Positions 22,121 through 34,413 of a stretch of DNA of 64,000 bases are shown here, piece after piece (the first letter of the stretch is position 1; every line of letters starts with the position of its first letter). The DNA comes from the human T2T-CHM13v2.0 reference genome, Homo sapiens: the NCBI RefSeq assembly GCF_009914755.1, contig NC_060925.1. One strand, given 5' to 3'. Both the position numbers and the translations under genes were made by a program. The notes beneath the pieces are model-generated. The model saw nothing but the letters and a program-made list of their open reading frames with translations, was not told where the DNA came from and did no database searches.

Positions 22121-24367
22121 TCATATAAAATAATATTTTCTGCCTTTACAATTTTCTCTTAGATGAGCTTGCAGTCAGAACATCTGGTGCTTACAAAAGA
22201 CTCAATATTTCATAAAATGTGGAAAAAAGCTTTTACTAAGAAATAAGGAAAAAAGTTTGGGTATATTTCCTTTGACAGCAATTAGTCCAGGACCAATTAT
22301 TTCTGGTATCTGGGAATTATTTAAGTTTTCAAAATATAAACAGCGTCATCAATGGAATGAGTGTAACTAACAACAGCTTATTATTAATGGAAATGATGGA
22401 AATTAAGGAATGTTACTCTATATTACGCTGTGAATTTCTTTTCCCAAGATGACAAGTTTTCTTTGTGTGTTCTTCTACGTTAATTGGGATTTGCCCTGGC
22501 TAATATTTGGAGAATAAACAAACACTACAGACTCAGAATGTAAAAACATAACTACCATTCAGAAAAAGTGCATTGCAAAAGGAAAAGAGAAGGTGACAAG
22601 ACCATAGCTTAACACATCAAAATGTCTGGCTATCTTTATTCCTTGTGTTAAACCAAAATCCCTTCTGAGATTTGCTTTGTTGTCAGAGAAGGAAGAGCTG
22701 TCTGGTGACACTGAGGCAGGGTAGGTTAGATCTGATGCTCAAACAGAAGGAAAGGAAACTGCATATTCTTAGGTTACTTCAAGAGTACTGATAATATTCG
22801 TCTGAAAGGGAACATAATGTCTATCTGGAAAAAATAATTAAAATCAAAAAAAGCTTACAGGATTTGTCCAGGATGCTAAATAAGATTCACAAGATCAGTG
22901 TTTGACATGGGTGGGAAGTTGAGCAGGGAGTAGAGGGGAGGGCGACAGTTTAAAACATTAACTGTTCTTTGAGTTGAGATATTAAACTTTTATAATATTT
23001 GGCATGAAATCCTATTGATTGTGTAAAGGCTAATTTCCTTTTCATTGAATATAAGAGAAAAATATATATGTAACAGTGCCATAGTCAAGAGAAAATGTTT
23101 ATTTCCTTGTCTTGTATGAGAAATCCAGATTAAGGACTAACAATGTACACAAAGAGTTATCAAATTAGATTGAGACAAGGCCCTATCATAGAAAGATTTC
23201 ATGATAAGTTATTTAAGCCTGTTTTTTATACTTGCAAATTTATTTCCAGAAAGTTATGTTTATTTTCTCTTTTGCGATTTTCCACACATAGTAATTGTTC
23301 ATTTATTTATGTCAGTTTTATTGTTATTTTCATAAGCATTAAAAAAAAGCACATCAAAATTTGGTAGGTGCTACTTGGGGAAAATACTTTCCCATTTTCC
23401 ATTCTTACTATTTTATTTGGTTTATTTATTTTTTAGCATGTCCAGAGCATTTTCATAATATAGGAAAGTATACTGCTATTTCTGTGTAGTTTGAATAATA
23501 TTTAAAATATTGATTTTTCCTTGTTCTTATCCAAGGACTGTGATAAGGTTACCTCTGTTTCTATTTTTTACTCTTTTTCTCTTATAGCTAATTTATCCAC
23601 CTGGAGTTTAGTTTTTTCTAACCAATCATCCTCATGCAATTTAAAAATAATCATTTCTTTGCTTACCTTTTCGAAAAAACACTTGAATAAATATTAAATA
23701 ATGAATTATTACTATTATTAAATATAATAAACATGAGTATAAAGCATGTGTCTTGTCTTGCCCAGTCACCATATGATTATGAGGATTAGCTTTATCCACT
23801 TGGTTTTGATAAGATGAACATGTAGCAGGAAACTACCCCTTATTCTATCTGGATGGTGCTTCACCAGCTTTTTTGTCTATTTAAGACCAAATAGATTATG
23901 AAATAAAATGAAATTTCAATCACTTCTTTACTGAGAATAGATAATCATTTCAAGCGATAGTGTGCATGACTGTGGTGGTGGTTGTGATATTGGTTTCTGA
24001 TCCAGGTAAATCATTCCCTTATTCAGACTGGAGTAGCATCTCATGCCCTAGAATTTTAGGGGTGCTCCCTGTGCTTTCAATGAGTCTCAAACACACCAAC
24101 TCTCATCTTGAACTCTCTGTTTGCTCCTCAATTTCTGCAGCTCCTACTTTTTCTTCTTTTCCTGGGATTTCCCATTCTTCTCTACAAAAATGACCAACTC
24201 CCAGTTCCTGCCTGGGTGGAAGTGACAATTTTATTACTTTTTCTTTCACCTCGTGATTCTACAAAGGGAACAAATGAGCCCTGGTTTAAGGCTTGCAGAT
24301 CCATTGGTGAGGTGGGGAGGAGACTCTTTTATCCACAGGAAAAACAGTTGAGGGGGGGGTTCCTTCT

Positions 24368-24755
24368 TATACTGGTCTGCTATGACTGCCACATTAAAAT
24401 ACCACAGACTGAGTGGCTTAAACAGCAGAAATTTATTTCTCAGAGTTCTGGAGGTTAGAAGTCCAAGATCAGGGAGCCTCAGTGTGTTTATTTTTCCTAA
24501 AGCCTCTCGCCTTGACTTTCAGTTCACCGTATTTTCACTGTGTCCTCACATGGCTGTTTCTCTGTGCACATCCCTCCCCAGCCCCCTGGCTTTTCTTCTT
24601 CTTCTAAGGATACCAGACCTATTGGATTAAGGCCCTACCCTTATGACCTCATTTAACCTTAATAATCTCTTTAAAGGTTTTATCTCCAAATTGACACAAT
24701 GGAGGTTAGGACTTAAACATATGATTTTGGGCAGGGGGCAATTCAGTCCATAACA
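24368..24755 (-). mobile_element. MLT1B-like solo LTR
   Basis: ACCACAGACTGAGTGGCTTAAACAGCAGAAATTTATTT...GGATTAAGGCCCTACCCTTATGACCTCATTTAACCTTAAT...ATTCAGTCCATAACA. Confidence 0.88.
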
Positions 24756-25989
24756 TTTTGCTTTTGGCAGTCGGAATCTTCCTAAAAAAGAAAAAAAATA
24801 TATATATATGTACAGTTTATACTTCTAGGATTAGAACTTCAGAGAGGTCTTGATACTTGTTATATTGGATTCACATTCCTCCTATTAATGTAATTTTTAC
24901 TTTATAATTTCTGAATATATATCTTTGATCCTATTAGAATTCACTTCAGCTATTCAAAAGTGATTTTTATTTTTCTCATCTTCATTGTGGTACAATACAT
25001 ATACAGGGTATAATTAACTTTAAAAAAGAAAACCAAAATGTCCAGGGAACTAATTGTATTTTTCATACGACACAATTTTGATATTGATGTAGTAACTTCT
25101 TCTTTCACTGAGTATGGTACTCAGAAAGCCTGTCCAGCTCTTATTGGTGTAATTACACACATGGAAAATCTTACCTTTTAGTGTTAAAACAGAGGAATAC
25201 TATCATATATTCTGAACAGCTAGGATGCATTTCAAATTGATATGAGAAATATTCTTACATATTTATTTTCCTTGAAAATATATGACAAATATCTAAAACT
25301 GGTAGTCAAGCAGCCAAACTCCATACACAAATTTGTTTTGTTTCTTGCATTTTTTTGGTTTTATTTTTGTTTCTAATGACATAGAATGCTTTTCACCATA
25401 GTAAGCATTATTTCCTTCCAGTTCTCCACATCACTTGCCTACCTATAGAGACATATGATGCTTACATTCTCTGATTTAAAAGACAGAAAATATATGATAT
25501 AGAAATATTTACAAAATATTTTTTTTCTACTATTACAGACTCAGAAACATCAGGGTGGATGACTGGGAATGAGCAATTTTAGGTGAAAACTAATTTTTAT
25601 ATATGCCTTCCATTTTTTCTGATGTGAATAGATAAATTATTATTTGCATATTTTAAGTAATTATATACAAAATCATGCCTTACTAAGATTTGGCCTAGAT
25701 GATGTATTTTATTAAATAATAAATAGTATGCTTTGCCAGAAATTCAAATTTAGAAGACTTCATATTAAAATTCATATTATCTAAAGATCAGAAAAATGAA
25801 ATTATTGTCTGCATTCCCAACAATCAGTATAGCAGAGTATTGATGTCCACTGTGGTCAGTCACATGTTCTTTTATTCACACAGGCCCAGCTCATCCCTAT
25901 GGTTTTATAACCTTCTCAGTTTCTCACTCCTTTTATTTGTGTGATGGTCCTGGTCCCAACAGCTTTTGAGTATGTGACTACTACTTTAT

Positions 25990-26420
25990 GTTCTCACTTA
26001 ACTTGATGATAAATGCAAATAATCAAATTAAACAAGATTAAAAAGTACAAAAGGAGTTTATTGGCTCAAATAACTAAAAAGTCCAAGGATGAAGCTATCT
26101 TAAGGCACAAAGTTGGGGACCCAAATAATTTTGTTATGGCTTTGATTTCTTCATTAGATTCCGCTTTTCTCTTTGACTTAATTCTCTGTTTAAACATGAT
26201 TTAAACTAAATTGTTTGTATAGGTAGAAGTTTGAGAGCCAAGAAGGCACTTCTTGCTAATATCTTCAACAAACATCAGGTCTAACCTTCATTGGCTTAGA
26301 CGAAGTCGTGGTTTGCTTTCTTAATATTGTGACTAGTGCTAGGAGTTATCCAATTAGGTTTTGGTCATGTGCCCAAACTAGATTTCATACTTCACTGGAA
26401 CAACATATACTGATTGGGAG
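25990..26420 (-). mobile_element. Old MLT1 (J-L type) LTR
   Basis: AAAGGAGTTTATTGGCTCAAATAACTAAAAAGTCCAAGG...TTCATTGGCTT...TTGGTCATGTGCCCA. Confidence 0.6.
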
Positions 26421-26599
26421 CTTGGCATGTAGAGATTCAGGTCAGACAGAACTAATTGCAGATATTCCCCAATTTCTTGCTTCCCAGCATTCACATTTTT
26501 TATTTAATACAGAAAAATTTTAAAACACCTGTACCTAACTTGGTATAGCGATACCACAAACCAATGTAGACATACTTAAATTTTCCCTAGTATAAGATT

Positions 26600-27300
26600 A
26601 CTTAATACCTCACACAATTACTATAGCTAGTTACTAGTCCAAGCCAGGTGGTTAATAAGCCATTCTTTGGCTCAGTGTCAGAAGTGACTTCTTGTGGTCT
26701 GGAACTCACCCTCATCATACTCAATGTATCATGGCCAGTAAGTAGAATCTCTTCGATTATAACTTCATTTGGACAGTGCAGATGGGGAAAGAACATATGG
26801 TATTCATCTGTCCACACCAAGAATCATGTCCTCTATGTAGGTGTACAAAGGACCCCCTGTACTGCAGTAAAGACAGCTCCCTGGTAAACCAATCTGGCTA
26901 TTTCTGATTCATCAATCTGGAAGCTTTCACGTTTATATTTTCCTATAATGTAACATCTGAGAAGGAGATTTCAAAAAATATATTTCTAGTAATTGCTATG
27001 ATTTGACATTCCCCTCTCATTGGTACAGGTTTGGATCATGGTACCTGCAGATGATGTTAATAGTTAAACAATTTTAAGATTTTTGTTTCCCTAACTTGGG
27101 TTTATCAGGCAATAAATCTAATTCCATTTAAATTTCCGTTCAATTTTTCCCATCAATTTTCTCTCAGTCTACTCCTTAGGATAGTTACCAAAGGCAAGTA
27201 TCTAAAAGCTTTTAATCTGTATTCCAGCATAGGTGCTGGTCTCTAAGTGGCTTCTGTCTGGGTTTTCACATCTAAAACAATACAGTTAATCTACCCCTAC
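26600..27300 (-). mobile_element. Possible ancient ERV-L-class internal (gag-pro) fragment
   Basis: Minus-strand peptide remnants W*LS*GVD*EKIDGK, MILGVD and EILLTGH...RPQEV in gag, protease, RT-linker order; recalled similarity only. Confidence 0.4.
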
Positions 27301-27550
27301 CTCAGAGTGAAACTCAATTAACTGCTTATTTTTTTTATGGTGGACTTAATTTTTACCATTTTTAGACAGTTTGTGTAAATCTGAAGATACTAGGGAGGTA
27401 TCCACAGCCAAACTCTCTCTCTTCCTTGGAACTTATTTTGTTTTGTTTCCAGCTTCCTTCCTTTAGTGCAAGGCTTGGAATGGGACTTTTAAGCAATAAA
27501 ATGTACATGACTATCATACTGTTAGATATCTTAAAATGATGAAAACTGGG

Positions 27551-27914
27551 TATATTAGTCTGTTCTCATGCTGCTAATAAAGACATACCCAAGACTGGAT
27601 AATTTATAAAGAAAAAAGGTTTAATTGACTCACAGTTTCACATGGCTGGGGAGGCCTCATAATCATGGCTGAAGGTGAAAGGGAAGCAAAGTCACATCTT
27701 ACATGGTGGCAGGCAAGACAGCTTGTGTAGGGGAACTCCCCTTTATAAAACTATCAGGTCTTGTGAGACTTATTCACTATCATGAGAACAGCATGGGAAA
27801 CATCTGCCTCCATGATTTAATTACCTCCCACTGAGTCCCTCTCTTGACACATGGGAATTATGGGAGCTACAATTTAAGATGAGATTTGGGTGGGGACACA
27901 GCCAAACCATATCA
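27551..27914 (-). mobile_element. THE1C-like solo LTR
   Basis: TATATTAGTCTGTTCTCATGCTGCTAATAAAGACATACCC...GGGGACACAGCCAAACCATATCA; perfect TSD CTGGG at 27546-50 and 27915-19. Confidence 0.95.
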
Positions 27915-27947
27915 CTGGGGCAAAGTTTTTTTCTCTATGTTAAGGCA

Positions 27948-27988
27948 TGTGTGTGTGTGCGTGTGTGTGCGTGTGTGTGTGTGTGTGT
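27948..27988. repeat. Interrupted (TG)n microsatellite
   Basis: (TG)n with two CG interruptions. Confidence 0.9.
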
Positions 27989-28244
27989 TTTCCAATGTTC
28001 TGTTCAGATCAGATTCTATCTCATTTGTAGGAATTTACTTAAAGTCATGAGTAATCAACTGATTTACATGTCCTTGTATTTTTATATTAATTCTCTTAAA
28101 GTTCCAGCCAAAATAAACACTTGGCCTGAGTCACAGTATCCAACAACTAAAAATTTATCATGTGAAAAATATTGACTCCTTATAACCTGAGGTATATCAT
28201 CCACCACCCCAGTCTCTGTAATTGCAAATTTGAGGATATTTTCA

Positions 28245-28505
28245 GTCACTAGGCTGGAGTGCAGTGGCTCGATCTCGGCTCAATGCAGCCACAGCCTCCT
28301 GGGTTCAAGTGATTCTCCTGCCTCAGCTTCCTGAGTAGCTGGGACTACAGGTGCGCTCCACCATGCCCAGCTAATTTTTTGTATTTTAATAGAGATGGCA
28401 TTTCACCATGTTGGCCAGGATGGTCTCCATCTTCTGACCTCGTGGTCCGCCCGCCTCAGCCTCCCAAAGTGCTGGGATTACAAGCATGAGCCACCGTGCC
28501 CGGCC
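28245..28505 (-). mobile_element. AluSc-like, lacking the 3' end and A tail
   Basis: GTCACTAGGCTGG...TTGGCCAGGATGGTCTC...CCACCGTGCCCGGCC. Confidence 0.93.
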
Positions 28506-29206
28506 TTGCATTTCAATTCTCAGATCTATTTTCTTCTGTAATGGTGTCATTATAAACCAAATTTTCTTAAAAAGTGGTGAAGATGGCCACCTTCTGTTGC
28601 CTTTATAGCCTAACCCATTAGAAATGAATCTCCTTTGCCTGCCTCACACATCATGGGCTCCTCACTGTGTCCCTCCACAGTATAAAATTAGATGAGATTA
28701 CTGGATGGACAGGCCTGAATATGGGGCTCACCTACAGTGCTGGGTGATGAGAAGAGTCTTCTTATTCAAATCCTTGAAATGACATCAGGAGTGGTTCCCA
28801 AAAAGTAAACAAGAAAGGTAGACAATTGTCTATGATAGTCTACAATAAATGTTTTCTCTCAAACAAGAAGAAAATTGTCACAAAAAAAGATTACCAAACT
28901 CAAGTTAGTTTATGAAGGTATTTTGGACAATGATTACTTTATCCTTCTACTTGCCAAAAAAAGTGAAATTATATGATTCAATTGATACAAGCAAGATTGG
29001 CTAAGAAAAAAAATAGCTACATATATGCAAGTTAAATTATGACAGAAGCAACCAAATGAACATTTCTCATTTTCTTCCACAAAAGTACTTATTTATCGAT
29101 TAAAGCCAGTTGCATTTTAAAAATATGCCCTCTCATTTCTTCTGCCACATCGCTCACTCCAATCTGAGGTCCTTTTGTTACTAAGAGTTTTAATGCTGGT
29201 TTCAAG

Positions 29207-29729
29207 TATAAGGAAGAAAAAATTACTCCATTACCTTATTAGGGTCTCCAGTTGGGCATAAGCATTAAACTGACGTAAGATAGATTCATGGGATAAATGC
29301 ATATGCACTTTATAAATTTTACATTGACATGGGAGTCCTCACAAGATAATCGAGACCCAAAGGAGCAGTTAAGAGTTGAGTTTATATACTGAATTGAACA
29401 AAAAATGGTAAATTATGAAAATGCGACAAGACAAAGGGAGTTGAGATAGGGCAGTTAATGGTGGAAAAGTAACAAGGAAGGTCAGAGTTAGTTTACAAGG
29501 TTTACAGATTTCTCTCAGTCTGTACTCCCCATTCCTGATCGTAAGAATGTTATTTTCCTTCTGTTATAAGAAGGGCAACTTCCATAGAGTGGCTTTATTT
29601 CCCTCCTTCAGGATGAAAAAGGGGAAGTCAGAGTGTCCTTCTTGCACTTCCTGTTTTTCAAGTGCCTTAGCTCAAATAATACTTATGCCAAAGTGGCATA
29701 TTTTAGGTGGCATGTTCTGCCACCCTGCA
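29207..29729 (-). mobile_element. MER34-family ERV1 solo LTR
   Basis: Reverse complement begins TGCAGGGTGGCAGAACATGCCACCTAAAATATGCCACTTTGGCATAAG; 4-bp TSD CAAG at 29203-06 and 29730-33. Confidence 0.88.
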
Positions 29730-30112
29730 CAAGATATTTGCAGTCTTTGTTGTTATTGTTGTTGTTGACTACCAACTGAGACTGACTAGTTTTATTAAAA
29801 ATAGATTAGTATTCACTATCATCAGGAAAGAGCTTATGGTAAGATAACTATATTAAGCATCAAATATAAAACATGGGAAAATGTTTGACAAAGCATAACA
29901 TACTATTTAAGCCTTTTCAACAGTGTGAAAAGACAGATTAGGAAATTGCTTTTGAAGTGTCTTATAATGGTTGAATTAGTTCAGGAAGAGTACTCTGCTA
30001 TTAGCTGTAGTGGTTTTTGACCTCAATACGCTCTTCCTCTAATAAAGGCCCACGTAAATCAACAGTACAAATGAATTTAAAGCATAAGGTGTTACAAATG
30101 TCTAACTAATGC

Positions 30113-30248
30113 CAGTGGTTTTCAAACACTGCTACATATTTGAATCTTCTGGGCCCAGGCCCAATTTAGGGGGATTCCTATTCAATTGATCAGGGGTATT
30201 TAAAGCTCCTCTGATAATTTTGATATAGACACAGGGATAGATGCACTA
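30113..30248. mobile_element. MER5-type hAT-Charlie MITE (degenerate)
   Basis: CAGTGGTTTTCAAAC...TTTAAAGCTCCTCTGATAATTTTGAT. Confidence 0.55.
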
Positions 30249-30889
30249 GTTTCAGTGAACGTGGTTAGGATGTCCACATTTGCCAGTAACAGTGATGTCC
30301 CTTTAGAAATAGAGGCAGTAGAAGTTTGAGTAAATAAACAATGTGCTTACTAAAGTGCAATTACCTAATTTGCACTTATTTCACATTTCACAATTACCTT
30401 ATTTCACATTACTTCCATTAAAACCCACAAGAAATCTTTCTGGTAATACAGTGCTGAATTATTGTATAGTTATTTTACAGAATCAATTTATTTTTAGTCA
30501 GAAGAACTGATGAAATTGTATCACTTTCTTTTCAAGGTGTGTGGGAGGGTGGGGGTGCTGAATTCAAAGAGTGCATACTCTTCAGTAAGTCAGTTCCTTC
30601 TTTAAAAGGAAATTTACTGAGCACTAGGTAAGCATGATTATAGACACTAACCTAAAAATTAGAGGTACATGGGGAAGACTAATAAAAATCCTGTTCTCAT
30701 CTATCTTGAATTATTATAGTATATATAACTTTATCGTCCAAAACAGTGAACACATTTTCTTTTTATTTTTCTTACAGCACAAAACAAATGTCTGCTATAT
30801 TTGAATCTGAAATTAATTCCTTTGATTTGGGGGCCACTGAGCAAAATGTCCTAGTGCTTTAAAATGACTGAAAGAAAAGTAACATGTGA

Positions 30890-32330
30890 GGTTAGCAAAG
30901 TAAACAGAAAGAAACCAAAGATTATTTGGAATGAAAAAGGGACATAACTATATAGATGCAAATTATATTTTTTCAATAATAAGAGAAAATCATGGGCAAT
31001 ATTTGCCAATAAATTTAAAGATGTAAAGTAGATAAAGTCTCAATAAAATATAAAAGATTTAATATTAAAAATAAATTAAAATCTTGAATAGTTCAAAACC
31101 ATTGAAGGAATCAAATTGTTAATTATAAATATCTTCCCAAGCACCAAAAACCAAACAGACAAATCAAAAAACCACTAGACCCAGTTCATTTTAAAAGTCA
31201 AACAAAATGTTTGTGAAAATGAAAAAATTATAAGCCAATATCATTTATGAATGTGGATGCAAAAATAAAAAATATTAGGACATAGAAGCCACCAACATAT
31301 AAAAGTAGACATATATAATGACAAAAGTAGGTTTACACCAGAAGTGCTAAAATAATTTAAGATTAAACAATCAACACAGTTTATTCATTACATTAACATA
31401 CTAAAAGTGAAAAATATTATTACAGTAGTAGATGCAACAAAAGAGCATTCAATAGAATCAGTTATCCATATATGTTTTAAAAATTCTTAGAAAATATGAA
31501 GAGTCAGACAATGTCAACTGTAGAAGAACTAGAACAATGGAAGCTTATATTAAATTTTGGGTGAGTTGAAAATTTGTATAACCATTTTAGAAAACCATGT
31601 ATTATCATGAAGATTTATAAAGTATGACCTAACAATTTCATTCCTAGAAATATACTAGATACCAGTGGTTTTTTACACTTGAAAGTGCATCAGATTCACC
31701 TGGACAGGTTGTTAAAAACTGTACCCCATTGCCCCCAGAGTTTTTGATTCAGCAGTTCTGGAGTGAGGCTGAAGAATTTGCCTATCTAACAAGTTCCCAA
31801 GTGATACCTCTGGCCAGGAGGAGAAACTTTGAGTACCATTACTATGAAGATACACTTGTATTTGTGCAACTACAGACATATGAAAAACTAGAAACAAAAA
31901 AAAAATTTCCATGAGGAGAGGAATAGATACATAAAATCCAGTGGAATCTAGTACTAGTGACAATGAATGGTCTACAGCCCATACAACAACTTGGATGAAT
32001 TTATGATATAAAAAAAGAGGTTGCAGAAGAATACATACAAAAACCAATTTGTGTAATTGTCAAAGCATGCAAAACACGAATATATAGTGATATGCAGTTT
32101 TTTGATAAAACGATACAAAAAAGCAAATGGAAAATATACATATAATTGAGGAGTGTTCACCTCTGATGGGAAATGAAAGATATTGGAGCAGAGCACACAG
32201 GGTTTTAAAGAATACATCTTAAGATGAATGGTATGAAAGTAGGTATTTCTTTTTCCTTTTTTTGGTAATACATTTTAACTCTCCTGTGTGTTATAAACTA
32301 ATAAATATATTGAATATTCTATAATAAAGG
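30890..32330 (+). mobile_element. L1ME-like fragments (ORF2 and 3' UTR), interrupted by MER5A
   Basis: GGAATGAAAAAGGGACATAACTA...GCCAATATCATTTATGAATGTGGATGCAAAAAT...TATGACCTAACAATTTCATTCCTAG. Confidence 0.75.
31663..31841. mobile_element. MER5A
   Basis: CAGTGGTT...GTGCATCAGATTCACCTGGA...GAATTTGCCTATCTAACAAGTTCCCAAGTGAT...CTTTGAGTACCATT. Confidence 0.8.
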
Positions 32331-32999
32331 AGTAATCCCTAATTAGTACTAACCTTAATTCAGACTGCTAATCTCTACTTTCATTGTCTTTAATAGCTGC
32401 TTTTATAAAACTGTCTACATAGTTCTCCACCCTAAAACAATTCTAGGGAGAGACATTTCTTCTTTATCTCATAAACGTTAGAGGATCCTTTGTGTTTTAG
32501 TCTTTAGGTCTACATTTTGTAAAATGATGATAAATTTTTACTGCCAGCTGGATAAGCTATTTCTCTGTGACCTTCCTTAGAAACTACTCTTTCAGCCAGA
32601 TATGTCCAATCACCTGCTTCATTCAGTTATGAATATAATTTTATAGAAATTCAAAGCAGTAATATTTTGAACTTGGATTTAAAGTTACCTAGTCCAGTCA
32701 AATATTTGTTGCATGTATTTCCCTTGCAATGACACAAATAAATGGCTTCCTAATCTCAGACTGAAGTTCTGTCATTGTAGGAAATTGAGTAATTAATGAA
32801 AGCATTTTTAAAAATATCATTGCAAAACTAAAACAAAAATAAAAGTGTCTGGAAGAAAAATTTCCCAGACTTCTAAACTTCAAATATTAATACACGCTTT
32901 GGAAGCAGAAAGAATAAGCCTGAATTCCAAATTATGCGAAAGTTTTTCAAGTACTTGTAAGTACTTTTCATTTTTCCTCTAAGTATTCTCCCCTTCAAT

Positions 33000-33860
33000 A
33001 TGAACATCTTCAGCTCTTTTCTTGTAACACTCTCCTTTGGACACACTCAAATTTATCAGTGCTTCTCCAAGACTATGACAGCACTCAAACCCAAATACCA
33101 CTTATCATTATCAGAATATAACATTTATTAATACCTGCTATCATAATTTTAATTCATTTTTGCAGAAGTATGACATTGCTAACGTGTGTTGAGGTTCTGT
33201 CAAGCTAATGTTTTTCAGTCTAATGAGCCTTCTGTTAATACACAATGTTCACCTTTAGGCATAACTAACAGTCTATGTAAAAGTTTTGTTGTAATTTTTT
33301 CTATATGTTAAGGTTTAAATTAACTTTTATCTTGTCACATTTACATTATTAATCTATTGTGTTGGGATATTTTTGGATCTCAGATATGACATCCAACATA
33401 TCATTATCCCCACAAGTTTTCTATAACCCACACAAGTCATAACCTATTTTCAATATCTTCATCAAAAGACATTGAAAAAAATTGAATTAGGATCTGGAAC
33501 AAAACCTTAAACCATTCCCTTCAGGTTACTATTGATATATTAGTCAACATTTTCTGGTAAGTTTGTTTAAGTAGTTACCATTAATGAAATGTTTCTTAGT
33601 TTAAATTTCATCATGTTTTCCACTAACTTATTATGAAAGATTTCAAGTGCATTATATCTATAAAGCCCTCTTGATTTACCAGTCTCAAAATCCTTTCAAA
33701 AAGTAAATAAGGATAGTCTGATATATTTCATTTTCATTTCAATGAACATCAATGGTTTTTCCTAATTATCTCTGACATTCTTAATGTCCACAAAACATCT
33801 GTGAGCTAATCTGTATAAAAATTTTGCATCAGATCAGTAACAACTTCATATGTCTTTAGT
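33000..33860 (-). mobile_element. CR1/L3 LINE reverse-transcriptase region
   Basis: CTCTCCTTTGGACACACTCAAATTTATCA and ATATCTTCATCAAAAGACATTGAAAAAAATTGAA match the antisense CR1/L3 RT consensus. Confidence 0.65.
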
Positions 33861-33919
33861 ATCCCCTTCTCTGGGATGAATATTTTATTTCTGTTTTCAT
33901 TGCTTCAGTACCCCTTTCA

Positions 33920-34413
33920 TTATTTTCCTGGTAGCAGAATCACATTATTTTGTGATAGAATCCATAGAATGTCTTCTCAGTGGGATTATTCTGAAAATGG
34001 TCCTGTGACTCTGGCCGGAGTGATTGGCTTAAGAATGGGTAGACCACCAAACCTCGCTCAATACCAAAACTTTTTTGATGAAACGATTATCTTTTTCTCT
34101 TGAGGTAACTTAGGTGAAAGCATGCACTTCCCTATTCTGGTCATTGAGGTGAAAATAATGGTGATTGTCTTTTTCAGGGGGCAGTACTGACTATAACCAG
34201 ATCACTATCTAGAGGTAAGCAGGGCTGAGAGATGGAGAAATAGGCCTCTGATGTCATTATTTGTGTCCCCATATATCTTAAATCAGCTGCATATTTAAGT
34301 TTCTCAGTGGTGTGAAGCAACAAATTCTTAAGATAGGAGTCGGTTAATGTATTCTCAAACCTATCCAAAACTGTTTTAGGTGCTGTAGTGACTGAAGACA
34401 TCCTTAATGAATA
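33920..34413 (+). mobile_element. Old MLT1 (K/L-like) LTR
   Basis: GAGTGATTGGCTTAAGAATGGG...CTGATGTCATTATTTG...TTCTCAGTGGTGTGAAGCAACAAATTC...ACTGAAGACATCCTTAATGAATA. Confidence 0.55.

Noticed and set aside
27641-27656. PRDM9 hotspot motif in THE1 LTRs
   Set aside because: The minus strand reads CCTCCCCAGCCAT, not CCTCCCTNNCCAC; the THE1D LTRs (CCTCTCCAGCCAA, TCTCTCCAGCCAT) also miss it.
30751-30895. Strong-looking splice acceptor (TTTTCTTTTTATTTTTCTTACAG ending at 30777) and possible exon
   Set aside because: Only weak donors follow and there is no clean reading frame; such pyrimidine tracts are common in AT-rich DNA. It would need RNA evidence.
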